A DNA stretch of 64,000 nt from Methanomassiliicoccales archaeon (GTDB lineage: Archaea > Thermoplasmatota > Thermoplasmata > Methanomassiliicoccales > UBA472). Positions 37,586 to 46,395 of the stretch are shown here, one piece after another; position 1 is the stretch's first letter, and each line of letters starts with the position of its first letter. The notes beneath the pieces are model-generated. The model saw nothing but the letters and a program-made list of their open reading frames with translations. It ran no database searches and was not told the origin of the DNA. A program made the translations under genes and the position numbers. The stretch is taken from positions 34,314 to 98,313 of the forward strand of contig JAVYMA010000002.1 of assembly GCA_038740345.1 (NCBI GenBank), read 5' to 3'.

Positions 37586-37732
37586 TCAGAAGCGTCTTGC
37601 CGGCTTATGCTTGCTGAAGCAGTCGCGGCAATACACGGGCCTGCCCTCAGTGGGCTTGAATGGGACCTCGCACTCCTTCTTGCAGTCACTGCAGACGGCT
37701 TTGTGCTTTTCCCTTGGCCTGTCGTTGTACAT
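37586..37732 (-). CDS. small CxxC-x17-CxxC zinc-ribbon protein (48 aa)
   Basis: Below the ORF-track length cutoff. My translation is MYNDRPREKHKAVCSDCKKECEVPFKPTEGRPVYCRDCFSKHKPARRF. GGAGGTGA lies 8 nt upstream of the ATG. The VPFKP...RPVYC..C pattern is a widespread small zinc-ribbon motif. Confidence 0.6.
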   Translation of the reverse strand: MYNDRPREKHKAVCSDCKKECEVPFKPTEGRPVYCRDCFSKHKPARRF

Positions 37733-38164
37733 CCTTGAATTCACCTCCGGTCTACTGATTAACTAAAATGGCCTTTCTCTTGGGGCCTACTCACCCGGAG
37801 GGTTCGTGAGGTCTCCAACGAACGGTTACATTTAGCTGACCCCAGCGACTAAGATACAAGTATATTAATGTATCGAATATCTTAGAATAGAATATCAAGC
37901 GGGACAAGTTTAACACTAATATGTGATGAATAGGCCACTTAATAACGCCATAAATGCAAAATGGCAATAACGCCAGGGATTCATTCAATTTATTAATGCA
38001 AGAATCTAAAAATATTAATCATGTTCTTTTTTCATATACGATATAAATCGTTCTGGGTTTAAGCGCCAATGATATGCCAAATGGCAAAGCTATACTCTCA
38101 ACCCCTCGAAATTTATTGTTTTGAACTTCCTAATTATATCAAACAGAAGGTGGTAAGCCTTGAC

Positions 38165-39118
38165 TCATTGGAATAGAGCTAAGAAAGGCTCTGGATCCCG
38201 GAGATGAAGAACTTCTCGCTTTGCCATCCGCACATGTTTTTGAATTAGTTCCTGGCCTCTCTCAAATCCCCTGTTTTCGTCAATCACGCTTATTAAATCC
38301 GCTAACTCCTTTTTCGATATATCCTCGGGAGATTTTGAGAACATATCAAGTAGGATTCTGCGACATCTTTCATCCTTTAATGAGAAGATGATGGGCAGAG
38401 GAAGGCTCTCCTTGCATATCCTTGAGCGTAACTCCCAATCATCATTGAAAGTATCCTCTAGGTCATCCCTTAAAATACAAACCTCTCCTAGATGCCGGCC
38501 ATATCTACCTAGAGCTTCACACTCTTCTTGGTTGCCTCCTCCGAGCATCGCTCCTACTTTAGTATATGCTTCCACGTCAGCGGCCTTCATATGCACTATG
38601 TGCAGGTATCTTCTAGGATTCGAATTCAAATTTCTGACCAAGCTCAACTCTTCCATCTCCGCAGATCCTAGCTCAAAGAGCCCACTTCTTATTTCATTCA
38701 CAGCCTGTTGTGCTCGGCTTTTAGGCACATCTGACATTTCTGAAAGCATTGAAAGGCCAGCGATCAATAGAGCGTCTCCTGCAAGAAGGGTAGCTTCCAT
38801 GCCATAAATGCCCTGAATGGATGCTATTCTTCGCTTCTTCCGCGCAAAAGATTTGTCAATAATATCATCATGCAGATCGAATGCCCCTCCGCAAAGCACC
38901 AATGCTTTTGCTGCCTGGCGCACAACTCTAGAATCTCCTCCTACCGCTTGGCAGGACATCACCATCAAAGCAGCGCGTGTATAATCTCTCCATCTGCGGG
39001 AAAAGTGGCCTAACACCTTTTTTGCCGTGATGGATGGTATTCTCATAGAGAAAAGGTCCGAAAATGCTTCATCAACGATATCCTCCCCTAATTTTTTAAG
39101 CATTTCACGAGTGCCCAT
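38165..39118 (-). CDS. polyprenyl diphosphate synthase family protein (trans-isoprenyl diphosphate synthase)
   Basis: 317-aa ORF with a first Asp-rich motif FDLHDDIIDK and a second Asp-rich region LRDDLEDTFND. Confidence 0.8.
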   Translation of the reverse strand: MGTREMLKKLGEDIVDEAFSDLFSMRIPSITAKKVLGHFSRRWRDYTRAALMVMSCQAVGGDSRVVRQAAKALVLCGGAFDLHDDIIDKSFARKKRRIASIQGIYGMEATLLAGDALLIAGLSMLSEMSDVPKSRAQQAVNEIRSGLFELGSAEMEELSLVRNLNSNPRRYLHIVHMKAADVEAYTKVGAMLGGGNQEECEALGRYGRHLGEVCILRDDLEDTFNDDWELRSRICKESLPLPIIFSLKDERCRRILLDMFSKSPEDISKKELADLISVIDENRGFERGQELIQKHVRMAKREVLHLRDPEPFLALFQ

Positions 39119-39349
39119 AAGCCCTACCTCATTTTTCTCCCATATTTACGCATCCATAACCAAACTTTGAACTCGATTTAAAGCGTTGAAACGCGAAAGT
39201 GTTTCTGCATAATGATGATATTTATTTGTCGGATAATTATTTACTGTTCAGAAAACATAGGTTGACTGACACCTTTATTATCCCTATAGATAATACTATG
39301 CGAATAGTTTTATATGATATTATTATCATTTGAGATAATACTTCTCGAT

Positions 39350-39482
39350 TAGGTCGGGAGGGTAAAGGGGGATTAGAAGTGAGGAAGGTAAAATCGACCG
39401 AAGCTCAGATTTGGCGCTGAGGCCGAATATCCATTTGGAGAAACTATCAAGCATCAATCCTTTCAGCATTCTTTTTTTTTTC
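39350..39482 (+). ncRNA. candidate small RNA (speculative)
   Basis: A purine-rich segment with two possible hairpins (GGTCG 39352-39356 / CGACC 39395-39399; CTCAG 39404-39408 / CTGAG 39417-39421) ends in a T10 run (39472-39481) on the + strand. It is antisense to both flanking genes and preceded by AT-rich TATA-like sequence. Confidence 0.2.
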
Positions 39483-39523
39483 TAAGATCGAGCTTTATTT
39501 TTGTTAACTTTTATAAACGTAAT

Positions 39524-40705
39524 CTAATCTGCAACGATTTGAAACTCTCTCTCTAAAAGCGCTGTTTGTTGTTCTTCAATCGTGTCTGGATCCAATGATA
39601 TTATCAGAGTGGCGTTGACCATTGAGATCTCATCCCTCAGGTCAAAGAGCATCTTCATAACCTCTTCTGGTGGATTGTTTTCCATTAGATATTCCACGCA
39701 GTCGATTATTACCGCCCCGGATCCTCCCTTTCGCAAGAATTCTATGATTATGTGCTGCAGGATCGATAGGTTCGCTGGCTCCACACGATAAGGCCCTGGG
39801 TGCTTGGCTAGCCAAATTATGGGCGTCTTTTCTATGTGGTATTCATCGCGCAGCATGTCTGGATGAGATCTTGTCACTATCAAGCCGATCTTTCCAGAGG
39901 CAAGAAGACCTAGGAACAATCTATAGGACCTTTCGGGGCGCTTCTCTTTAACCATGATGAACTTGGAGCTCTCTGCCAGCTCCCGGTCTTTTCTCTTCAC
40001 ACCCCGTATCTCATTTTCCTTAGCTGCGCTGGGTAGGAAAAGGCGGTACCGCATTATTCCGTAGGCAAACACTCCTGCGAGAGCTAGGAAGCCTGGTGAA
40101 AGAATGAAAGGTATGTCTGGATTGATATTCTCAAGACCTCGAAAGGCGAAGGCGTAGGCCACTGGAGAGATTACGCCGAGAGAAATCAGTCTGCTTTGTT
40201 TCCGCGTATGCTCCCATTTAACGTCCCGACAGGTGTGGTGGACCATGAATATCGTTAAGGAAATGTAGCCAAGGACCACACTGGTCCAAACTATGAAAGC
40301 AGTAGTTCCTGTTACTCCCCATCCGGCAGGCGTGTGTACAACATCTGTTACAGGCACAACGGCTATTGTGGCTGAAAGGAGGGCTATAATCACAAGCATC
40401 GTCTCTCTACCTCGGAACCAGCCACTAAATCTTTCGTGTGGGAGAAATGAGGCGAGATAAAGAATGCTCGCGAATAGGAGAACTACAATGAACAATTCAG
40501 ACCGTGCAATCCATAAGGCTAGCTCGCGGCTCGGAGCGTGAAGAAGAGCGAAATCGAGAAAGGAACCAATAAAGAACAGCCACATGGAGTAAAGAAAAGC
40601 TTTCGAGATGGGAAAGCTCGGACTCTGGAGATATACATATAAGCCTAAAGCCACCCCGATTATGCCTACTACCAAAGACAGCAGGCCAACTGATATGTTC
40701 TCCAC
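39524..40705 (-). CDS. 7-TM membrane protein with C-terminal DUF835 domain
   Basis: 393-aa ORF. Seven N-terminal helices are followed by a cytoplasmic GLIVTRSHPDMLRDEYHIEKTPIIWLAKH...VIIDCVEYLMENN, which matches the archaeal DUF835 pattern. Confidence 0.65.
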   Translation of the reverse strand: MENISVGLLSLVVGIIGVALGLYVYLQSPSFPISKAFLYSMWLFFIGSFLDFALLHAPSRELALWIARSELFIVVLLFASILYLASFLPHERFSGWFRGRETMLVIIALLSATIAVVPVTDVVHTPAGWGVTGTTAFIVWTSVVLGYISLTIFMVHHTCRDVKWEHTRKQSRLISLGVISPVAYAFAFRGLENINPDIPFILSPGFLALAGVFAYGIMRYRLFLPSAAKENEIRGVKRKDRELAESSKFIMVKEKRPERSYRLFLGLLASGKIGLIVTRSHPDMLRDEYHIEKTPIIWLAKHPGPYRVEPANLSILQHIIIEFLRKGGSGAVIIDCVEYLMENNPPEEVMKMLFDLRDEISMVNATLIISLDPDTIEEQQTALLEREFQIVAD

Positions 40706-41298
40706 GACCTCGCCTTCATTTTTCCATTACCGGTCTTTTTAAAAAGGGTTATCAGTTGATTTTCATAATTGATAATCAAATTGCGTATGATTTCGAGGTT
40801 CGCCAGAGCATTAACATAAAAATATTGGTAAATGTCTCGTCGCGATTTTGGATAACGATGAAAAAATCCATGACGATTTATCAACTTTGATTTATTAAGC
40901 GTTTTAAGTGCATTAGCAGAGGATTAGGTGTTAAAAGATCTTTAATATACTTTTTTTTAAAAAAAAAGCACGGGAAGCATTGAGCTTTTAATCGTTGCAG
41001 CATAAGCTAGGTTAAAATTTTATTTTTAAAAAATATCAAAATCTTTTTCTGCCTTTTTTCATTAAATCTATTCGATTCTGAATGTAGTATCCACCTCTCT
41101 CTGAGGATTTTGACTCATGCTCTTAATGATCAAAAGTAGTTGATTATACTAGATATGCTCCCGGTTTTCAATATTTTGAGTTAAGGAATGAAGGAATTTA
41201 ATATAAGTATGATTATAATAATTTATATTGAGTTCATAGACCATCGCAGACATGGCTCTTATAAAAAAAACACGATATATCTATTATACGAAAGAGCT

Positions 41299-44200
41299 AT
41301 GGGCAATCACAAAGGCTTAGAAATGCCCGTCAAAAAGAAATTAGTTTGCACGATTATCACTTTCCTATACATATCCACCATCTTTGGAGCTTCTTTAATC
41401 TCCCAGTCTTCTTGGGGAGAAAATGCGATTGCTAATTGGACGTTCTTGGTCTATCTGGATGCGGATAACAATTTAGAGAGATATGGAATCGAAGACTTCT
41501 TGGAGATGGCCTCAGTGGGTTCCACATCCCAGGTCAATATAGTGGTGCAGTTCGACCGTAGTCCGCTTACCAGTTGGAATGGTGGCACATCCTCTTATGA
41601 GGATTGGAAGGGAACCAAGCGCTTTCTGGTGAAAAATGGGGATCGTCCGGTCCCATTTTATCAGCTCGCGGATCTAGGCGAACTCAACATGGGTAGCCCT
41701 AGCACTTTGAGGGCGTTTTTAGAATGGGGAATTTCGAGCTATCCTGCCGAGCATTATGCCCTGGTATTATGGGATCATGGAGGCGGATGGGTATATGGCG
41801 TATGCTCTGACGAGACCAGTGGTGGGGACTCACTGCTACTTCCCGAGATAAGGCAAGCTCTTATAAGTGCTCAACAATCGACAGGAAAGACTCTGGATCT
41901 TCTTGGCTTTGATGCGTGTTTCATGGGCATGTTTGAGGTGGCTTATGAATTCATGGACTTAGCTACAACAGTTGTATTCTCTGAAGAGACCGAGCCAGGT
42001 CAAGGTTGGCCTTATGACAGGATACTTTCCTCATTGGTCTCCAGATCCTCCATGACATCGATACAGCTAAGTGAGGTCATCGTCAGGGAGTATTCTGAGT
42101 ACTACGGTTCATCCGGAAAAGAGACCTTGTCCTCGGTGGCCACAACGGCTCTGAATTCGCTTTCAAGAGCGCTCTCGGGTTTCGCCTATGAACTTATCTC
42201 AGCCTGGCCTTCGTATGAGATATCAATACGTCAAGCCAGATCTAAAGCCGAGAGTTTTGAATATCGGATGTTTGTGGATCTCTATGATTTCTCTTTAAAT
42301 ATAAAGGATAGTGGAATTACACTTTCACTTACCGCCTCAGCTGAACAGGTTATGTCGGCGGTGGAGAAGACTGTGCTGTATGAGAGAAGTGGTTCATTGA
42401 GAGCTGATGCCCATGGCATAGCAATATACTTTCCCGACATTGTATCAGATTTAAACTTGATTGGCTACCGCTCTGATTCGACGTTCACTGATGATAACCT
42501 ATGGGACGAGTTCCTTGCCTCTTACTTCGACGTCGGTGAGGGCTTAATCAGACCTGACAATTACGAAGAGGACGATTCTTATCAACAGTCGAGTATCCTT
42601 TATCCCTCTCAGCCGCAGTACCACTCTATTACTGATTATGGGATGGACATAGATTGGGCCATGTTCAATTTGGAACAAGATACCGAGGTGGTGCTTCAGA
42701 CATCAGGCATAAGTGGTGACACCGAGCTATTTTTATACAATTCTTCCAGCGCCCCGAACATAGAAATGGCTTGTGATGATGATGGTGGGGTAAGGCGTTT
42801 CTCCCGCCTTGCGATTCACCTTACTGCCGGAAACTATTTTGTGAAAGTGATCGAGAAAGGAAAAGACTCCGAGATCGTGAATTACGAGCTTCTAATGAGC
42901 ATCCCTTGCGGCAGAGATGCGTATGAGCCAGATGATTCTCCCCAGAACGCTAGCATGCTCCTCATCGACTCCCCTCAAGAACACTCAATAGGTGAGAAAG
43001 GTGCGGATGTGGATTGGGCTCGCTTTGAACTGTTTACTACGCAAAACATATTGATTGAGACATGGGGTCCGCTGGGAGACACTCGCCTTTGGCTCTATTG
43101 TCATGAAGGAGGGGGGTTGTTCGAGGTGGCATATGACGATGATACTGGCTCAGGGCTTTTTTCCATGATAATGGAATTTGACCTTCCCCAAGGCATATAT
43201 TATGTTAGAGTGGAAGAAAATTATAATGATGAAGAGATTCTAAAATATTGGTTGAACTTAACAACTTTTTCCTCTCAAGACGATTTCGAAGAAGATGACT
43301 CATTTCAGACGGCTACGCTATTGATGCCAGGGGAGGAGCAATGGCATTCGATTGGGCCTGAAAACAAAGACAAGGATTGGTATGTATTTTACTTGCCCTT
43401 CCCATCTCGCGTGAGGTTAGAGACCTATGGCCCAAAGGGCGATACTTTCCTGAGGTTATATTCTAGTTCCTCTGTACCATGGAGGGAAATAGATAGCGAC
43501 GACGACTCTGGGGTGGGCTATTTCTCCATGCTGGAATTTGATTTATTGCAGGCAGGCACTTATTATGCGGTAGTGGAGGCATTTCGTGGAATTCTTTTCT
43601 TCGCCGCGGAGCCTATCCCACGTTATGGAATCTATCTGACCACGGCTCCTTCTCCACCAGACTTGCATATGGTCAGCGTCGATGATGATGGAATACAATT
43701 GATGTGGGAACCATCGGCGTCTGATGGCGGGAGCCCTATTATTAGCTACGATATAATGAGAGCCTCCATTTCGGGCTCAACCACCTTTTATCGCTCGATC
43801 ACAGCCACGAGCTTCCTAGACGTAAACATCAGTGAGGGAGCGAAATACTATTACACAGTTAGAGCGAGGTCATCTTTCGCTAAGAGCGAAAGATCAAACG
43901 AGGTAACAGCAGTCATACCTGGATTGTTGAACATACCGGATCCTATTAGCAGCGTGGGAATTGAATGCTATTGGAATAGCATTGTATTGAGCTGGCGACC
44001 TCCTTCAGATAATGGAAGCCCAATATTATTATACCACATTTTTTGCGGCTTAGAAGAGGACGGGTCAGATCGGCAGGAGGTGGGAATGACCAGCAACATT
44101 ACCTTCATCCATGCCGGGCTCGATCGAGAGACGACATATTATTACTGGGTGATCGCCGAGAACGGGAATGGAATGGGTTTGTTAGGCTCTTCAACCAAAG

Positions 44201-44448
44201 CCGTTACCAGGTACGATTTTGATGAATCAGGAGCGACAACACTGTTTTATATTCTCTTGGTGCTTGCTATGGTGCTTGCTATTTCAATTCTATTTTTCAT
44301 GTTATTCATAGCGTTTAAACCAAAGAAGCCGGAATCTAAAATCATGAAAGAGAAACCGTTTCAGGGCCATCAAATCTTTTGCCCCAACTGTGGTTGGAAT
44401 GTAGAAGGTCATACATATTGTAGTCGGTGTGGAAGAAAGGTGTCTTAG
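41299..44448 (+). CDS. large surface protein: clostripain-like (peptidase C11) domain + 3 PPC-like repeats + 2 FN3 domains + TM helix + cytoplasmic zinc ribbon
   Basis: C11 His/Cys dyad contexts VLWDHGGGW and LLGFDACFMG. N-terminal signal/anchor KKKLVCTIITFLYISTIFGA. FN3-like PSASDGGSPIISY and PPSDNGSPILLY. TM LFYILLVLAMVLAISILFFMLFIAF. C-terminal CPNCGWNVEGHTYCSRCG. The track ORF starts at 41188; ATG 41299 or 41323 is more plausible. Confidence 0.75.
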   Translation: MGNHKGLEMPVKKKLVCTIITFLYISTIFGASLISQSSWGENAIANWTFLVYLDADNNLERYGIEDFLEMASVGSTSQVNIVVQFDRSPLTSWNGGTSSYEDWKGTKRFLVKNGDRPVPFYQLADLGELNMGSPSTLRAFLEWGISSYPAEHYALVLWDHGGGWVYGVCSDETSGGDSLLLPEIRQALISAQQSTGKTLDLLGFDACFMGMFEVAYEFMDLATTVVFSEETEPGQGWPYDRILSSLVSRSSMTSIQLSEVIVREYSEYYGSSGKETLSSVATTALNSLSRALSGFAYELISAWPSYEISIRQARSKAESFEYRMFVDLYDFSLNIKDSGITLSLTASAEQVMSAVEKTVLYERSGSLRADAHGIAIYFPDIVSDLNLIGYRSDSTFTDDNLWDEFLASYFDVGEGLIRPDNYEEDDSYQQSSILYPSQPQYHSITDYGMDIDWAMFNLEQDTEVVLQTSGISGDTELFLYNSSSAPNIEMACDDDGGVRRFSRLAIHLTAGNYFVKVIEKGKDSEIVNYELLMSIPCGRDAYEPDDSPQNASMLLIDSPQEHSIGEKGADVDWARFELFTTQNILIETWGPLGDTRLWLYCHEGGGLFEVAYDDDTGSGLFSMIMEFDLPQGIYYVRVEENYNDEEILKYWLNLTTFSSQDDFEEDDSFQTATLLMPGEEQWHSIGPENKDKDWYVFYLPFPSRVRLETYGPKGDTFLRLYSSSSVPWREIDSDDDSGVGYFSMLEFDLLQAGTYYAVVEAFRGILFFAAEPIPRYGIYLTTAPSPPDLHMVSVDDDGIQLMWEPSASDGGSPIISYDIMRASISGSTTFYRSITATSFLDVNISEGAKYYYTVRARSSFAKSERSNEVTAVIPGLLNIPDPISSVGIECYWNSIVLSWRPPSDNGSPILLYHIFCGLEEDGSDRQEVGMTSNITFIHAGLDRETTYYYWVIAENGNGMGLLGSSTKAVTRYDFDESGATTLFYILLVLAMVLAISILFFMLFIAFKPKKPESKIMKEKPFQGHQIFCPNCGWNVEGHTYCSRCGRKVS
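42553..43645 (+). repeat. three tandem ~121-codon intragenic repeats (PPC/pre-peptidase C-terminal-like domains)
   Basis: Units start near 42553, 42916 and 43280. They share YE(E/P)DDS.Q.(S/A)..L......H(S)I......D.DW..F.L.......ET.GP.GDT.L.LY. Confidence 0.7.
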
Positions 44449-44485
44449 AGTAAGGATGATTATCCTGACCGACAATATGCATCTC

Positions 44486-44890
44486 ATGGCTCAGCTTACT
44501 CAAGAAATGATGGACTTTATCAAGTCCTCTAAGGCATTTGCTCTGGCCACAGCGACAAGAACAGGCGAACCTAATGTTGTGCCGGTTGGTGCGGTGTTCC
44601 TAATGGATGCAGAAACGATATGGATAGGCAATCAGTTCATGAAAACGACTATTGCGAATTTGAAGGAGAATCCTAGAGCGGCCCTCACTGTTTGGACACC
44701 AGGTGTTAAAGGATGCTATAAACTAAAGGGGAATATCAGTATATTGGATTCAGGCGAGGATTACGAGAAGATGAAGGGCATGGTGAGCGCCAAGCGTGCG
44801 GATCTTTTCTGTAAATCACTGCTAGTTTTCCGCATAACTGAGGTCTATCAATGCGCTTCAGGCCCAGATGCTGGGAAGCGTTTACTCTGA
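44486..44890 (+). CDS. pyridoxamine 5'-phosphate oxidase-like FMN-binding family protein
   Basis: MAQLTQEMMDFIKSSKAFALATATRTGEPNVVPVGAVFLMD...NLKENPRAALTVW is typical of PNPOx-like split-barrel proteins. The track ORF start (44429) would overlap the upstream gene; ATG 44486 is preferred by analogy with the paralogues. Confidence 0.6.
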   Translation: MAQLTQEMMDFIKSSKAFALATATRTGEPNVVPVGAVFLMDAETIWIGNQFMKTTIANLKENPRAALTVWTPGVKGCYKLKGNISILDSGEDYEKMKGMVSAKRADLFCKSLLVFRITEVYQCASGPDAGKRLL

Positions 44891-45355
44891 AGTTGCTCAT
44901 AATGCAAGGTCAGGCAAATAATAATCGGGCTGCGGAGGCATCGGTTCTTCGCGAGCAATATATACTGGGGAGTGGGCTCCCTCGAAGCGAGGATTAAAGG
45001 CGTTTCCCATATTGCTAAATGTAAATTTTTCCACTTTTCATTGGTATTAAGATCTACAGCTCTCTTATAATCTGAATCTATGGATAAGAGGCTCGGCTCA
45101 AAGAGATTCTAGACCATGGCAAGTGCAAATTCTACGCGATTGTTTGTCGCGCCTGGAGCCTCTTATCTCATGCTTCCTTCTAAGCTGCCATTTTTCCACT
45201 TTAACACAGAAGGAGAGGAAATTGGCTCTGGATCGACTGAGCTTCCGGGTTCAGACAAATACCTATCACAAAATTAGATCAGATATAAATATCTGACAAG
45301 ACTCGACAAATAGGAATAGGGACTAAGCCTATATCATAATAATTGGGCGAGGTCA

Positions 45356-46393
45356 ATGGAGTTTTTAGCAGTGGCAGGAATTGTACTCGCGCTAGCTTTT
45401 ACCTTTACCAATGGTTTTCAAGATGCTAGCTCAGTCGCCGCTACCTTTATCGCATCCCGTTCCGCCAAGCCTCGTCAGGGGATAATCTTGGTGGCTTCGA
45501 TGGATTTTCTGGGGGCGATGCTGGGCGGCAGCGCTGTAGCTTTCACCTTAGCAGGCCTCCTGCTCATAGAGCCAGGAGAGCAAGCGCTTCTTCTTCTTTT
45601 AACAGCTCTTATCGCTTCAACGGCTTGGAATCTGATGACTTATTTTTTCTCACTGCCCTCCTCCTCCACTCATGCCATCATTGGTGGATTGATCGGAGCT
45701 GCAGTAGCCGCGAAGGGCATGGGATCTGTCCTTTGGGGTTGGGAGGAGTTATTTACCCCCAATCACCAGCTAATTGGTCTTGTAAGAATCCTTTCTTTCC
45801 TCTTCATATCGATCATAATAGGCTTAATGGGAGGATATCTAGCACATAAAATAGCTGCATTATCGCTAAGGAACGCTAAAACTGAAGTCAACCGCAAAAT
45901 CATCAAGGCCAATTGGGTAGTGGCGGCAGGGATGGCGTTCTTTAACGGCGCCAATGATGCGCAAAAGCAATTGGGCGTAATCGCTCTGATAATGTTCAGC
46001 GCGGGAATGACTTCCGCACTTGAAGTCGAGCTCTGGGCCAGGATCGCATGCGCATCTTTGCTTGGCTTAGGCACTTTGATGGGAGGTTGGCGTGTCATGC
46101 GTACTTTGGGGAGCAGGATATTCCTCGTTAGGCCTATTCATTCATTAGAATCCCAGGCGGCTTCCGCCGCTTCTATCGCTTTCTCCACTCTTTATGGAGC
46201 CCCTATCTCCTCTACTCATGTAATCTCCTCTTCCATAATGGGCGTGGGGGCGGCAGAAAACCCGACGAAGGTACGGTGGTCCGTTGGCAAAGAAATCGTC
46301 ATTTCATGGGTCCTGACCATTCCAGTGACCATGACCATATCCGCCTGCCTCTATCTTTTATTGATTTCATTGGTATTCGTAGGAGGGAGATAG
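45356..46393 (+). CDS. pit: PiT family inorganic phosphate transporter
   Basis: 345-aa polytopic ORF. It has the duplicated PHO4 signature (FTNGFQDASSVAATFIASRS and FFNGANDAQKQLGVI) and PISSTHVISSSIMGVG. Confidence 0.85.
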   Translation: MEFLAVAGIVLALAFTFTNGFQDASSVAATFIASRSAKPRQGIILVASMDFLGAMLGGSAVAFTLAGLLLIEPGEQALLLLLTALIASTAWNLMTYFFSLPSSSTHAIIGGLIGAAVAAKGMGSVLWGWEELFTPNHQLIGLVRILSFLFISIIIGLMGGYLAHKIAALSLRNAKTEVNRKIIKANWVVAAGMAFFNGANDAQKQLGVIALIMFSAGMTSALEVELWARIACASLLGLGTLMGGWRVMRTLGSRIFLVRPIHSLESQAASAASIAFSTLYGAPISSTHVISSSIMGVGAAENPTKVRWSVGKEIVISWVLTIPVTMTISACLYLLLISLVFVGGR

Positions 46394-46395
46394 AC

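Noticed and set aside
37791-37988. 65-aa minus-strand ORF
   Set aside because: It lies in an AT-rich spacer upstream of the small zinc-ribbon gene, with no RBS and improbable composition.
39205-39260. C/D-box sRNA candidates (ATGATGA ... CTGA patterns), for example at 39210, 29093, 48184 and 50284
   Set aside because: None had the full C, D', C', D arrangement with a terminal stem at the right spacing. The matches are expected by chance in AT-rich DNA.
41188-41298. Track start codon for the C11 protease (MKEFNISMIIIIYIEF...)
   Set aside because: The extension is AT-rich, Ile-rich sequence upstream of a normal signal/anchor beginning after the ATG at 41299/41323. It is probably non-coding.
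46276-46395. Track start for the DUF47-like gene lying inside pit
   Set aside because: It would overlap pit by 118 nt. A TTG at 46396 with an AGGAGGGAG RBS directly after the pit stop gives a normal-length DUF47 protein.
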